Positions 1 through 7,210 are shown, numbered from the stretch's first letter. The stretch: 64,000 nucleotides of DNA from Burkholderiaceae bacterium (GCA_021463505.1 JAJTYR010000015.1:2968-66967); one strand, 5' to 3'. The notes: generated by a model from the letters alone, not told the origin. A program made the numbers and translations.

Positions 1-390
1 GAGCGCGAGCATTGCCGGCAGCGCTGTACGGTCGGCGTCGTCATACAGCCCGGCTTTCGCGCACGCATCGAATAGCGCCGCCAGGTCGGCAGGCACCGGC
101 ACGGCCGGCGGTTCCGGTATCGGCTCGGCCGCGATGGCGGCCGGGTAGCTGGCGAGCGCCCCGGCATGATCGACAGCCGGCGCGAACACTACGGCCACCG
201 GGTCCAAGTTCGGGAAGTGCAGTAGCCAGAGTGCAGCGCGTGCCGTAACGTCCGCAGGTGCCGTAACAGGCGTAACAAGCGTGCAAACCAATGCGGGCGC
301 GGGTTTCGCTGTTACGTCTGCGGTTTCGGCTGCCGTAACAGGCGTAACAGCGTGGCCTTCCAGCCGCGACAACAGTGCATCAAGCCCCAT
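1..390 (-). CDS. Hypothetical protein, N-terminal part only (runs off the left edge), with a V-T-rich repeat segment
   Basis: Own translation of the minus strand. The ATG at 390-388 overlaps the primase stop (ATGGGGCTTGA). Product: MGLDALLSRLEGHAVTPVTAAETADVTAKPAPALVCTLVTPVTAPADVTARAALWLLHFPNLDPVAVVFAPAVDHAGALASYPAAIAAEPIPEPP... The frame stays open to position 1. It is absent from the ORF track because no stop lies in the window. Confidence 0.5.
   Translation of the reverse strand, partial: MGLDALLSRLEGHAVTPVTAAETADVTAKPAPALVCTLVTPVTAPADVTARAALWLLHFPNLDPVAVVFAPAVDHAGALASYPAAIAAEPIPEPPAVPVPADLAALFDACAKAGLYDDADRTALPAMLAL
242..351. repeat. Repeat patch A: six GTAAC/GTTAC-centred motifs, including two identical 19-mers TGCCGTAACAGGCGTAACA (259-277 and 331-349)
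   Basis: Read directly from the sequence: GCCGTAACG 242-250; TGCCGTAACAGGCGTAACAAG 259-279; GCTGTTACGTC 308-318 (inverted); TGCCGTAACAGGCGTAACAGC 331-351. The patch lies immediately 3' of the primase-helicase gene. Confidence 0.85.
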
Positions 391-3286
391 CGTCGCCTCG
401 CAGCCTGTCGGCGTGGATCGCGTACAGGCGAACCAGACGCCCGCCGATGCGCTCGGGCTTCGAGCGTTCGCCGCTGCTCGCTGGCAGCGCGCCAACTTCC
501 TGCAAAGCGCCGAGCGCCCGCTTGAAGTCGAAACCCGACAGGGCTTCGCGCATCGCTGCGCCGTTGAACAGGTAGACGCGCCCGCCGGGCGTGTTGCGCC
601 ACCAGCCGGCCCGATTGATCCGCACGGCATCGCCGCCGCCTGCATCGGCATCCGAGAATCGGCTATCGCCGTGCCGCTCGATGAATTCGGCGACTCGCTC
701 GGGAATCTGCCGCCGCTCGTCGTTGCCACGGCCGCGCATCCCCTGCCACGCCCGGAACGCTTCGGCGGTCGCCTTGATCGCTTCGCCCTCGGGCCAGCCG
801 GTCAAGCCGTATTCGGTCGCCAGTTCACCGGCCAACGCCACCAGGGCGAAGCGCGCCGCCGCTCGCTTGTCCTGACCCTCGGCGCCGTCGGCCGCGAAGT
901 CGGGTAGTGGCTTGATGCGTTCCAGCAGTTCGGCCAGGTTGCGCGCGTCATGCGTCAGCCGATGCAGGAACGCCCGGCCCGCGTGTCCGTAGTGCGTCGC
1001 CGCCGCCCGCTTGATCGCGTCCGATAGCGCCGGCCCGTCGGCGAAGCCGTGCAACGTGTCCCATGCGCCGTATCGGCGCGCTGCCGGCACGTCCAACAGT
1101 CGCACGGCTTGGCCCGCCTTCGCCGCTCGCCCGCCCTCGGCCATTGCCGTTGCCAGCGCCCGCTCGCCGCTCGACAGCACCACGCAGCGCCAGCGGGTCA
1201 CGCTTCGCGCCGCGCCCGTTCGGCTCGCCCGTTGCTTGCCGCGCCCGTTGCCGAGCGCATAGACGATGGCCCCGACTTCGCGCGGGTCGCATTCGCTGAT
1301 TTCGTCCAGCGCCAGCAGGCAATCATTGAACAGCGCCGCCGCGCCCTCGATGCCGTTTGCCGTCGCCCGCCAGCTTCGCCGGTAGTTCGGCCCGCCCCAG
1401 GTCGCGCACGCGGCTTCAATCGCCGTTGTCTTGCCCGTCGACGAATCGCCGACCAGGTGAACGCCGCCGCCCTCGGCGTTGCAGCGCGCCAGCAGCGGCC
1501 CGGCGAACGATGCCGCAACTGCGAGCGTCAGCAGCGGATTACCCACGGCCCGCGCCGCAATGTCGGCTCGCCACCCTTCGAGCGTTCCGCCGCGCGTGTA
1601 CTCGTCATGCCCGCGTTCGCCGGATTGGAAGATCACGCCCGCGCCGGCCGGCCCGATCACTTCGTCGGGCAGCACGAACGACGCACCGCACCAGCCGACT
1701 TGCAGCGCGCAATGGACGCGCCGCTTCGGGGTCAGGGCTTGAAGGTATTGACCGAGCAGGCGATGCGCGTTCGGGTCGATCACCACGCCCATTGCCAGCA
1801 GCTCGCCGCGCAATTCCTCGCCCGATGCGCGCAGCAATTCCATCGGCATTGCCCACTCGCGCCTGCGCCCGTTCGTGTTCACGAACCGCAGCAGCCGGCC
1901 GAAGTTGCCTTCCCGTCCGTCATGCGTCACGGCTTCGACGTGCAGGGGTGAGCACACCCACTGCTCGATGAGCATCGGCGGATCGTCGGGCCTGCGACCG
2001 TGTTTCACTCCGAAGTACCAGACGCCCGGCCGGTACTTCCTGCCGTCGCTTTCCGCCCAATCGTCCAGGGCGACAAAGCGCGGCCGTTCGTCCACGCCCG
2101 GAATCGCGCCGGCTGTTACGCCTGTTACGGCAGCGGAATCGCCAGCCGTAACAGGGGAAACCGCGCCAGTGCTTGCTTGCACGGCTGTTACGGCTGTTAC
2201 GGCTGTTTCCGACGTTACGGCGGGCGATGCGGCCTCGCCGGCTTCCTCGCGGTCAGAATCGACGCTGGCGGGCCTATCGTCGCCGGATGCAACATCGGCC
2301 CTCGCCGATGCAATCGCGGCGTCTACGGCCCGTTTCACGGCTTCCCGGCCCCGGTGCGCGGCCATGTCGTTGAAGTCGGTCGCGCCCTCGGGCCGCTCGG
2401 CCCCGAAGTCGGGCACGGCCAGCGCCGCGCCAACGTCGCGCGCCGCCTCGACGGCGTGCGGGTCGGGTTCGCCGCTCGCCTTCAGCACGTCGGCAAGGAT
2501 CGCCAGCAGCGCGCCCGGATAGCGTTCCCGCATCGCTCGGGCCGCCGCCGCTAGCTGGCCCGCAGATAGCGCGGCAATGGCCGGATGGCCTGTCGCCTCA
2601 CGCGCCGATAGCGCGGTCGCCACACCCTCGGCGATCAGGATGCACAACCCCGCGCCGTCGTCGTCCGGAAGCGCCTGAGCGGCCCAATATCCGCCCGCCT
2701 TCGCCCCGCCTGCCAGTGCCGACTTGCGGCCGTCGCCGTCGATCATCTCGACAGTGGACAGCTTGCCGCCGATCTTCACGGGCGCGAGCAGGATTCGCCC
2801 GGCGAGTCGCTCGCCCTTCGCTTGCGGCTCGTACCCGATGATGCGCGCCACATCGGCGGCCTGCATCTCGCGTAGCGTCGCCACCGGCGCGACGCCTTTG
2901 CGGACAAGATAGGGATGATCCGCGCCGGCCGGCGTGCCCGCCGCCCACAGCGCCCGCGCCTTGCGTGCGGCCTCGGCTCGGCGCTTGGATTCGTCGGCCT
3001 CGCGCTGCGCCTTCATCGCCGCTACCCGCTCACGGTGGGCGGCTTCCTCGGCCGGCGTCAGCGTGCGGCCAACGTCTGCCCGCCACGTCTGCGAAAGCCC
3101 GGTGCGCCAGTCGCCGAATGCGCCGGCCGGGATGCCGTCGTCGTGCGCGATGTACCAGCCGGCATCATCGATGCGCTTGCCGTTCGTGCCGAAGCGCCGC
3201 AGCTTGCCGTCGGCCTCGATCACGTCGGGCGGGTTCAGCCCCGCCGCGCGCATCGCCTCGCGGAACTGTTCGGGCGCGTTACGCAT
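380..3286 (-). CDS. Toprim / DUF927 primase-helicase (P4-alpha-like replication protein)
   Basis: 975-aa ORF 380-3307. The N-terminus (DGKLRRFGTNGKRIDDAGWY...GAFGDWRTG) and the Toprim-like region (ILIAEGVATALS) resemble this family. A DUF927-type region carries Walker A GDSSTGKTT and Walker B-like LLALDEISE. ATG 3286 (MRNAPEQ) is preferred because AAGGGG lies upstream of it; ATG 3307 is the alternative. Confidence 0.85.
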   Translation of the reverse strand: MRNAPEQFREAMRAAGLNPPDVIEADGKLRRFGTNGKRIDDAGWYIAHDDGIPAGAFGDWRTGLSQTWRADVGRTLTPAEEAAHRERVAAMKAQREADESKRRAEAARKARALWAAGTPAGADHPYLVRKGVAPVATLREMQAADVARIIGYEPQAKGERLAGRILLAPVKIGGKLSTVEMIDGDGRKSALAGGAKAGGYWAAQALPDDDGAGLCILIAEGVATALSAREATGHPAIAALSAGQLAAAARAMRERYPGALLAILADVLKASGEPDPHAVEAARDVGAALAVPDFGAERPEGATDFNDMAAHRGREAVKRAVDAAIASARADVASGDDRPASVDSDREEAGEAASPAVTSETAVTAVTAVQASTGAVSPVTAGDSAAVTGVTAGAIPGVDERPRFVALDDWAESDGRKYRPGVWYFGVKHGRRPDDPPMLIEQWVCSPLHVEAVTHDGREGNFGRLLRFVNTNGRRREWAMPMELLRASGEELRGELLAMGVVIDPNAHRLLGQYLQALTPKRRVHCALQVGWCGASFVLPDEVIGPAGAGVIFQSGERGHDEYTRGGTLEGWRADIAARAVGNPLLTLAVAASFAGPLLARCNAEGGGVHLVGDSSTGKTTAIEAACATWGGPNYRRSWRATANGIEGAAALFNDCLLALDEISECDPREVGAIVYALGNGRGKQRASRTGAARSVTRWRCVVLSSGERALATAMAEGGRAAKAGQAVRLLDVPAARRYGAWDTLHGFADGPALSDAIKRAAATHYGHAGRAFLHRLTHDARNLAELLERIKPLPDFAADGAEGQDKRAAARFALVALAGELATEYGLTGWPEGEAIKATAEAFRAWQGMRGRGNDERRQIPERVAEFIERHGDSRFSDADAGGGDAVRINRAGWWRNTPGGRVYLFNGAAMREALSGFDFKRALGALQEVGALPASSGERSKPERIGGRLVRLYAIHADRLRGDDGA
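2112..2221. repeat. Repeat patch B: six GTTAC/GTAAC-centred motifs inside the primase-helicase linker. The segment 2112-2132 is the exact reverse complement of 331-351.
   Basis: Read directly from the sequence: GCTGTTACGCCTGTTACGGCA 2112-2132; GCCGTAACAGG 2145-2155; tandem GGCTGTTAC units 2182-2210; GACGTTACGGC 2211-2221. Confidence 0.85.
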
Positions 3287-3614
3287 CGTGCGCCCCTTCG
3301 CCGGCATCGCGCCGCTTGCGAGCTTGGTAGACGCTCAGGACTTCGTGCGCGAGCAGTCGCCAGCCCTTGCGCTCGGCCCCCGTCTTGTCCGTCCAGCTCG
3401 TCACCTCCAACGTGCCGGCGGCTGCGATGCTTGACCCTTTGTGCAGCCGCATCAAGCGCTCGCCGGCCGTCGGATCGAACACTGCAATCCCGACAAATAG
3501 CGACTCGGTGCCTGCGGCCACGCGCGCCGATGCGGTCCAGTAGCGATTGCCGTTTGATGCAGTGCGCTCGGTCGGCTCGCCGGTCAGCGGCCCGCTGATG
3601 ATCGCGTCGATCAT
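3279..3614 (-). CDS. Short single-stranded-DNA-binding (OB-fold) like protein
   Basis: The internal ATG at 3614 (MIDAIISGPLTGEPTERTASNGNRYWTASARV...GTLEVTSWTDKTGAERKGWRLLAHEVL) forms an ATGA overlap with the upstream ORF stop. The sequence pattern resembles short island or phage SSBs. The 203-aa ORF in the track is an over-extension. Confidence 0.55.
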   Translation of the reverse strand: MIDAIISGPLTGEPTERTASNGNRYWTASARVAAGTESLFVGIAVFDPTAGERLMRLHKGSSIAAAGTLEVTSWTDKTGAERKGWRLLAHEVLSVYQARKRRDAGEGAHDA

Positions 3615-4093
3615 TGGACGCTTCCCGATCCGCGGGCAATAGTTGCTGGATCGGAAACGATCAACGCATCCGGCAGCGTTTCGCCCGCTAGGCGCTTGAC
3701 GGCCACCACCGCCGCGAGAACGAACGTGCCGACAACCTGCGCCGCCTGGGATGATCGGGCTGAAGTGCCGTCCAGCTTGCGCCCGCATCGGTAGTCCATC
3801 AGGTAGCCGAAAGGACGAACCAGCGCAGGATGATCGAACATCATCAGTGCGATCTTCTTCGAGCGCGGCTTGCGCCCGCAGCATGGGCACCGACGGAAGG
3901 CAATGCAGAGTTCGCCATCTACCTCCGCAAGCGCGAAGTCAACATTCAGCGTGAGCCTGGGAAGCACGTCGCCGATGGGCGCGAACCGCGCCGCGCCAGC
4001 GTCAGGCGCGATAGAATCGGGGCTGCTTGAGGTAACTTCCGGGGTCGCGCGGTCGGTAGCTGCGCGGCCCTCGTCTTTTGTGGGGATCGTCAT
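3611..4093 (-). CDS. Hypothetical protein with a Cys cluster (RRCPCCGRK...DYRCGRK)
   Basis: 160-aa ORF with a strong RBS (GAGGGGG) 6-7 nt upstream of ATG 4093. It sits 10 nt downstream of alpA and is translationally coupled to the SSB-like gene. I recognise no family. Confidence 0.5.
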   Translation of the reverse strand: MTIPTKDEGRAATDRATPEVTSSSPDSIAPDAGAARFAPIGDVLPRLTLNVDFALAEVDGELCIAFRRCPCCGRKPRSKKIALMMFDHPALVRPFGYLMDYRCGRKLDGTSARSSQAAQVVGTFVLAAVVAVKRLAGETLPDALIVSDPATIARGSGSVQ

Positions 4094-4103
4094 TGCGGCC
4101 CCC

Positions 4104-4322
4104 TCAATTGCCGGCCTGCGCGATCAACGCGCGGATATCCTCGATGCGCCATGCCGTTGTGCGCGGCCCGATCTTCACCGGCTTGGGGTAGCGGCCCGAC
4201 TTGATGCCGCCCCACCAGGCGGACTTGCTGATCGGGACGATTGCGGGAACGGGCGGCTTCGCGCGCGGATTGCCGATGATTTGCGGCAGGCGCAGGAAGC
4301 CAGTTTCGGGAAGTGTGTGCAT
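4104..4322 (-). CDS. alpA: AlpA-family phage/island transcriptional regulator (excisionase-like HTH)
   Basis: The 72-aa product MHTLPETGFLRLPQIIG...PISKSAWWGGIKSGRYPKPVKIGPRTTAWRIEDIRALI matches the typical AlpA/Prophage CP4-57 regulatory signature. Confidence 0.85.
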   Translation of the reverse strand: MHTLPETGFLRLPQIIGNPRAKPPVPAIVPISKSAWWGGIKSGRYPKPVKIGPRTTAWRIEDIRALIAQAGN

Positions 4323-4382
4323 TGTGGATTGCTCGCGTCCGAGTTGAGACGCTGCAATCCTCGGCCGATCATCTCACCGCGT

Positions 4383-4417
4383 GGCCGAATTCGGGAATGA
4401 CGAAACCGAATTCGGCC
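4383..4417. promoter_or_regulatory. Perfect 12-bp inverted repeat GGCCGAATTCGG-N11-CCGAATTCGGCC. This amounts to two copies of the 10-bp palindrome CCGAATTCGG, located upstream of alpA.
   Basis: Read directly. It lies in the 130-bp gap between the 237-aa ORF stop (4453) and the alpA start (4322). Confidence 0.6.
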
Positions 4418-4452
4418 GGTCGGCCAAGCCCGGCGCGGCTTTGCGACCAATT

Positions 4453-5166
4453 CTAGCGGGCCGTCGGCGCGCTCTTTTCGATCATGTCGAACGCCTCGCG
4501 CAGCTTGGCGCGCAAAGTGTCATCGGAAACACTCAAGCCGAGTTCCTCGGCGTCGCGCCGCACTTCGCCAAGCTTTTCGATCCTGCTCGCCTTCGGGTCG
4601 ATGCCATACCCGCGAACCGCCAGTACCGCGATTATTCGCAGAAGCGTATTCCGCTCAGTTGTGCCAGTTGTGCCTGCACGTTCGGTTGTTCGGGGCGCTC
4701 GCCCGAAAGTCTCCCGGTCGAGCCTTTCGACCTCTTCGCGCAGCATGAACAAATGCCCGATGTCGATTTGGATGGGCGGATCGAATTCACATTGCCACCA
4801 GGCACCCCGATCAAATCGCATCGCGCTATGCATTTCGAGCGGGAAGGCGTCCGGCATCTCACAGAACCGCAGGTCGTCGATTTCGATTTCGTAGAAACCG
4901 GCCGGCATGTCTGTAGTAGTCCGGGCCTTCCATTTGTCGAATTCGGCACGCAGCGCCTCGGCTCCCTCTTTGTCCAAGTCGTCCAAGTCTGACTCGTCGA
5001 TCTCTGGCTCATCGACTATCCGCACCATATGCTTCGCCTTCACCATTCCGTAGGCGTTCGCGCATATTTGCGCCCGATCCCGCGAGCCCATGTGAAGCAG
5101 GTCGTGCACCGTGCATTCCCACCGTTCAGCCAGCTCGGTCAGCCGGTAGTAGTCCCGTTCAACCAT
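4453..5166 (-). CDS. Hypothetical protein (237 aa) in the lowest-GC part of the island. It has an N-terminal HTH-like segment, an acidic middle region and a C-terminal HTH-like segment.
   Basis: The ORF has an RBS AGAGGGG upstream of ATG 5166. The N-terminus is YYRLTELAERWECTVHDLLHMG. An acidic tract reads DEPEIDESDLDDLDKEGAE. The C-terminus reads ERNTLLRIIAVLAVRGYGIDPKASRIEKLGEVRRDAEELGLSVSDDTLRAKLREA. I recognise no family. Confidence 0.6.
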   Translation of the reverse strand: MVERDYYRLTELAERWECTVHDLLHMGSRDRAQICANAYGMVKAKHMVRIVDEPEIDESDLDDLDKEGAEALRAEFDKWKARTTTDMPAGFYEIEIDDLRFCEMPDAFPLEMHSAMRFDRGAWWQCEFDPPIQIDIGHLFMLREEVERLDRETFGRAPRTTERAGTTGTTERNTLLRIIAVLAVRGYGIDPKASRIEKLGEVRRDAEELGLSVSDDTLRAKLREAFDMIEKSAPTAR

Positions 5167-5259
5167 CGCGCGCCCCTCTGCGCTCCTTGATCGGGAAGCC
5201 GCGCCAGCCGGGCAAGGGAACCCGGTTTTCGCCCCGTCGGGCTAGGCGCGGCTAAGTCG

Positions 5260-6474
5260 TCAAGCCACGTCGCCGTGTAGCTGGATCACGTCGGCCCCGG
5301 CCTTTTGCTTGTCCAGCCAGTCGGCCCATTGCTGCATCATCTTGCGCCGCTCGGGCAGGTGCGCCGTGCGGTTGTACGCACGTCCGTTCGGGTCGCGTAC
5401 CGCATGGGCTAGCTGATGCTCGATCAGGTCGGGGCGAACGCCGAGCACTTCATCGAGGATCGTTCGCGCCACGGCCCGGAAGCCATGCCCGCTCATTTCT
5501 TCCTTCGGGATGCCGAGCCGGCGCATCGCAGCAAGGATCGCGTTGTCGCTCATCGGCCGGCCGTTCGTGCGCGCGCCGGGAAAGACGAATTCGCCATGCC
5601 CGGTCAGCTTGTGAAGCTCGCGCAGGATCGCAACGGCTTGCGTTGCCAGCGGGACGATATGCGCCGTGTCCGTCTTGGTCACGGTATAGCGCCACTCGGC
5701 CGCGTCCAGGTCGATATCGGCCCATCGGGCCTTGCGTAACTCGCCGGGTCGCACGAACACCAGCGGGGCGAGCCGCAGCGCGCATTGAACCGTGAAGGTG
5801 CCTTGATAGCCATCGAGCGCCCGCAGGATTTCGGCGAGTCGCTTCGGTTCGGTCACGGCCGCGAAGTGTTCGCCCTTGACGGGCGGCAGCGCGCCGCGAA
5901 GGTCGCCCGACGGGTCACGCGCGGCCCGGCCGGTCGCAATCGCATAGCGCAAAATCTGCCCGCAGTTTCCGAGCGCCCGATGCGCGGTTTCCAGTGCCCC
6001 GCGCGCCTCGATCCGGCGCAGGACGGCCAGCAGCTCCGGCGCGGTCACTTCCGCTACCGGCCGGCCCCCGACCCAGGGGAACACGTCCCGCTCAAGCCGC
6101 CGGATGATCCGGTCGCCGTGCGCCGCGTTCCAGGTCGGGGCCAACTTACCGTACCACTCGCGGGCCACTACCTCGAAACTGTTCGCCGCCCGGTCGGTGC
6201 GCGCCGTCTTGGTCGCCTTCCGATGCTCGCTTGGGTCGATCCCGTCGGCCAGCAGCTTGCGGGCTTCGTCGCGCCGTTCGCGGGCCTTCGCCAGCCCGAT
6301 ATCGGGGTAGGTGCCCATCGACAGCAGCTTGGCCTTACCCCCAAGCCGGTATCGGAACCGCCACCACTTACCCCCGCTCGGCGTCACTTCCAAGTACAGC
6401 CCGCGTTCATCGAACAGCCGGGCGGGCTTCGCGCCGGGCTTGGCGTTGCGGATCGCCGTGTCGGTCAGCGGCAT
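5260..6474 (-). CDS. int: Tyrosine-type site-specific integrase, P4-like (DUF4102 N-terminal arm-binding domain)
   Basis: 404 aa. The N-terminus MPLTDTAIRNAKPGAKPARLFDERGLYLEVTPSGGKWWRFRYRLGGKAKLLSMGTYP is typical of the family. The catalytic region contains HGFR...HQLAH...AYNR-type motifs. Confidence 0.95.
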   Translation of the reverse strand: MPLTDTAIRNAKPGAKPARLFDERGLYLEVTPSGGKWWRFRYRLGGKAKLLSMGTYPDIGLAKARERRDEARKLLADGIDPSEHRKATKTARTDRAANSFEVVAREWYGKLAPTWNAAHGDRIIRRLERDVFPWVGGRPVAEVTAPELLAVLRRIEARGALETAHRALGNCGQILRYAIATGRAARDPSGDLRGALPPVKGEHFAAVTEPKRLAEILRALDGYQGTFTVQCALRLAPLVFVRPGELRKARWADIDLDAAEWRYTVTKTDTAHIVPLATQAVAILRELHKLTGHGEFVFPGARTNGRPMSDNAILAAMRRLGIPKEEMSGHGFRAVARTILDEVLGVRPDLIEHQLAHAVRDPNGRAYNRTAHLPERRKMMQQWADWLDKQKAGADVIQLHGDVA

Positions 6475-6490
6475 AGGGGTAAGTCCAAAT

Positions 6491-6575
6491 TGGGGTAACT
6501 CTCAGGCGAGTTTCCGAGTTACCCCAGAAAGTTACCCCGCCCGAGTGCCGGATGGTACTGGACGATGTTACCCCA
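6491..6575. repeat. Four copies of the 8-9-bp motif GTTACCCC(A/G), three direct and one inverted, between the int start and the ssrA 3' end. These are candidate arm-type recombinase or Xis binding sites.
   Basis: Read directly: TGGGGTAAC 6491-6499 (inverted); GTTACCCCA 6518-6526; GTTACCCCG 6531-6539; GTTACCCCA 6567-6575. A partial CTTACCCC also lies just before the int ATG. Confidence 0.6.
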
Positions 6576-6582
6576 AGTCGGA

Positions 6583-6621
6583 CGAAAAAACCAAAAGAAA
6601 ACCCGCACTTAGGCGGGTTCT
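6583..6621 (-). terminator. Rho-independent terminator downstream of ssrA
   Basis: The minus strand reads GAACCCGCCTAAGTGCGGGTTTTCTTTTGGTTTTTTCG. This is a 7-bp GC stem followed by a U-rich tract, about 35 nt past the tmRNA CCA end. Confidence 0.75.
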
Positions 6622-6653
6622 CGGACTCCAGCGGATGTTGCTGGATGGTCTAA

Positions 6654-7016
6654 TGGTGGAGCCGGCGGGAATCGAACCCGCGTCCGCAAGTCCTCTACGA
6701 CCAGTTCTACATGCTTAGTCGATCTATTTGGATCTCGATGCAGGCTTGGCCGGTCGACAGGCCGACTTGCATCCAGTCACCTTGGTTCTAGCTCCGCGAC
6801 AAGTGACCCGGCGCGGCACGATCCGACATGAATGACGCTGCTGTTCCTTGCGGAACCCGGGCTATCGGCGACCCGGTGCAGCGGCTCAGGCCTTAAGCGG
6901 CCAGAGCGAAACGCTCGTCGTTGGCGTTTGTGGTTTTGCCAATGGATTTACGAGGAAAAGGCGCCTCGGCATGCCCTGTGCCGCTTCGCTACCCACGTCG
7001 AAACCAGGTCGGCCCC
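6654..7016 (-). ncRNA. ssrA: tmRNA (SsrA), 363 nt. The tag reading frame is 6893-6925 and encodes ANDERFALAA-stop.
   Basis: The reverse complement starts GGGGCCGACCTGGTTTCGACGTGGGTAGCGAAGCGGCAC and ends GGACGCGGGTTCGATTCCCGCCGGCTCCACCA. An internal GCCAACGACGAGCGTTTCGCTCTGGCCGCTTAA frame gives the tag. The acceptor and T-arm architecture is canonical. Confidence 0.97.
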
Positions 7017-7210
7017 GAAATCTGGTGCTTCGCAACACTGCGCGACGACTCGCGCATGCCTGCAAGTATAGGCCGGTTCGGTGGTTTCAAGGGCAAGGAC
7101 CTCTGGAGGATGGTCTCTGGAATTGCAGGCGCGCTGGAGCGTGGGGTGTCGCCCGGCGGTATCGACGAGGTGGCCGGTGCCCATCTGGCCGGCAACAATA
7201 CTTACATCAA

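Larger units (their letters stand above)
1..6653. mobile_element. Right-hand portion of an integrative genomic island (P4/PICI-like satellite architecture) inserted at the 3' end of ssrA. The left boundary is outside the window.
   Basis: A P4-type tyrosine integrase gene (5260-6474) lies directly next to the tmRNA 3' end (6654). It is followed co-directionally by alpA, an SSB-like gene and a primase-helicase. GC content dips locally around 4330-5260. tmRNA 3' ends are established targets of this integrase family. Confidence 0.7.

Noticed and set aside
4381-4992. 203-aa plus-strand ORF inside the island
   Set aside because: It is antisense to the 237-aa ORF, which has the better RBS and more protein-like composition. 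The plus-strand translation is low complexity, and its start lies inside the palindrome region.
7065-7090. Possible ssrA promoter TTGAAA ... TATACT on the minus strand
   Set aside because: The spacer is only 14 nt, too short for a convincing sigma70 promoter. It is left uncalled.
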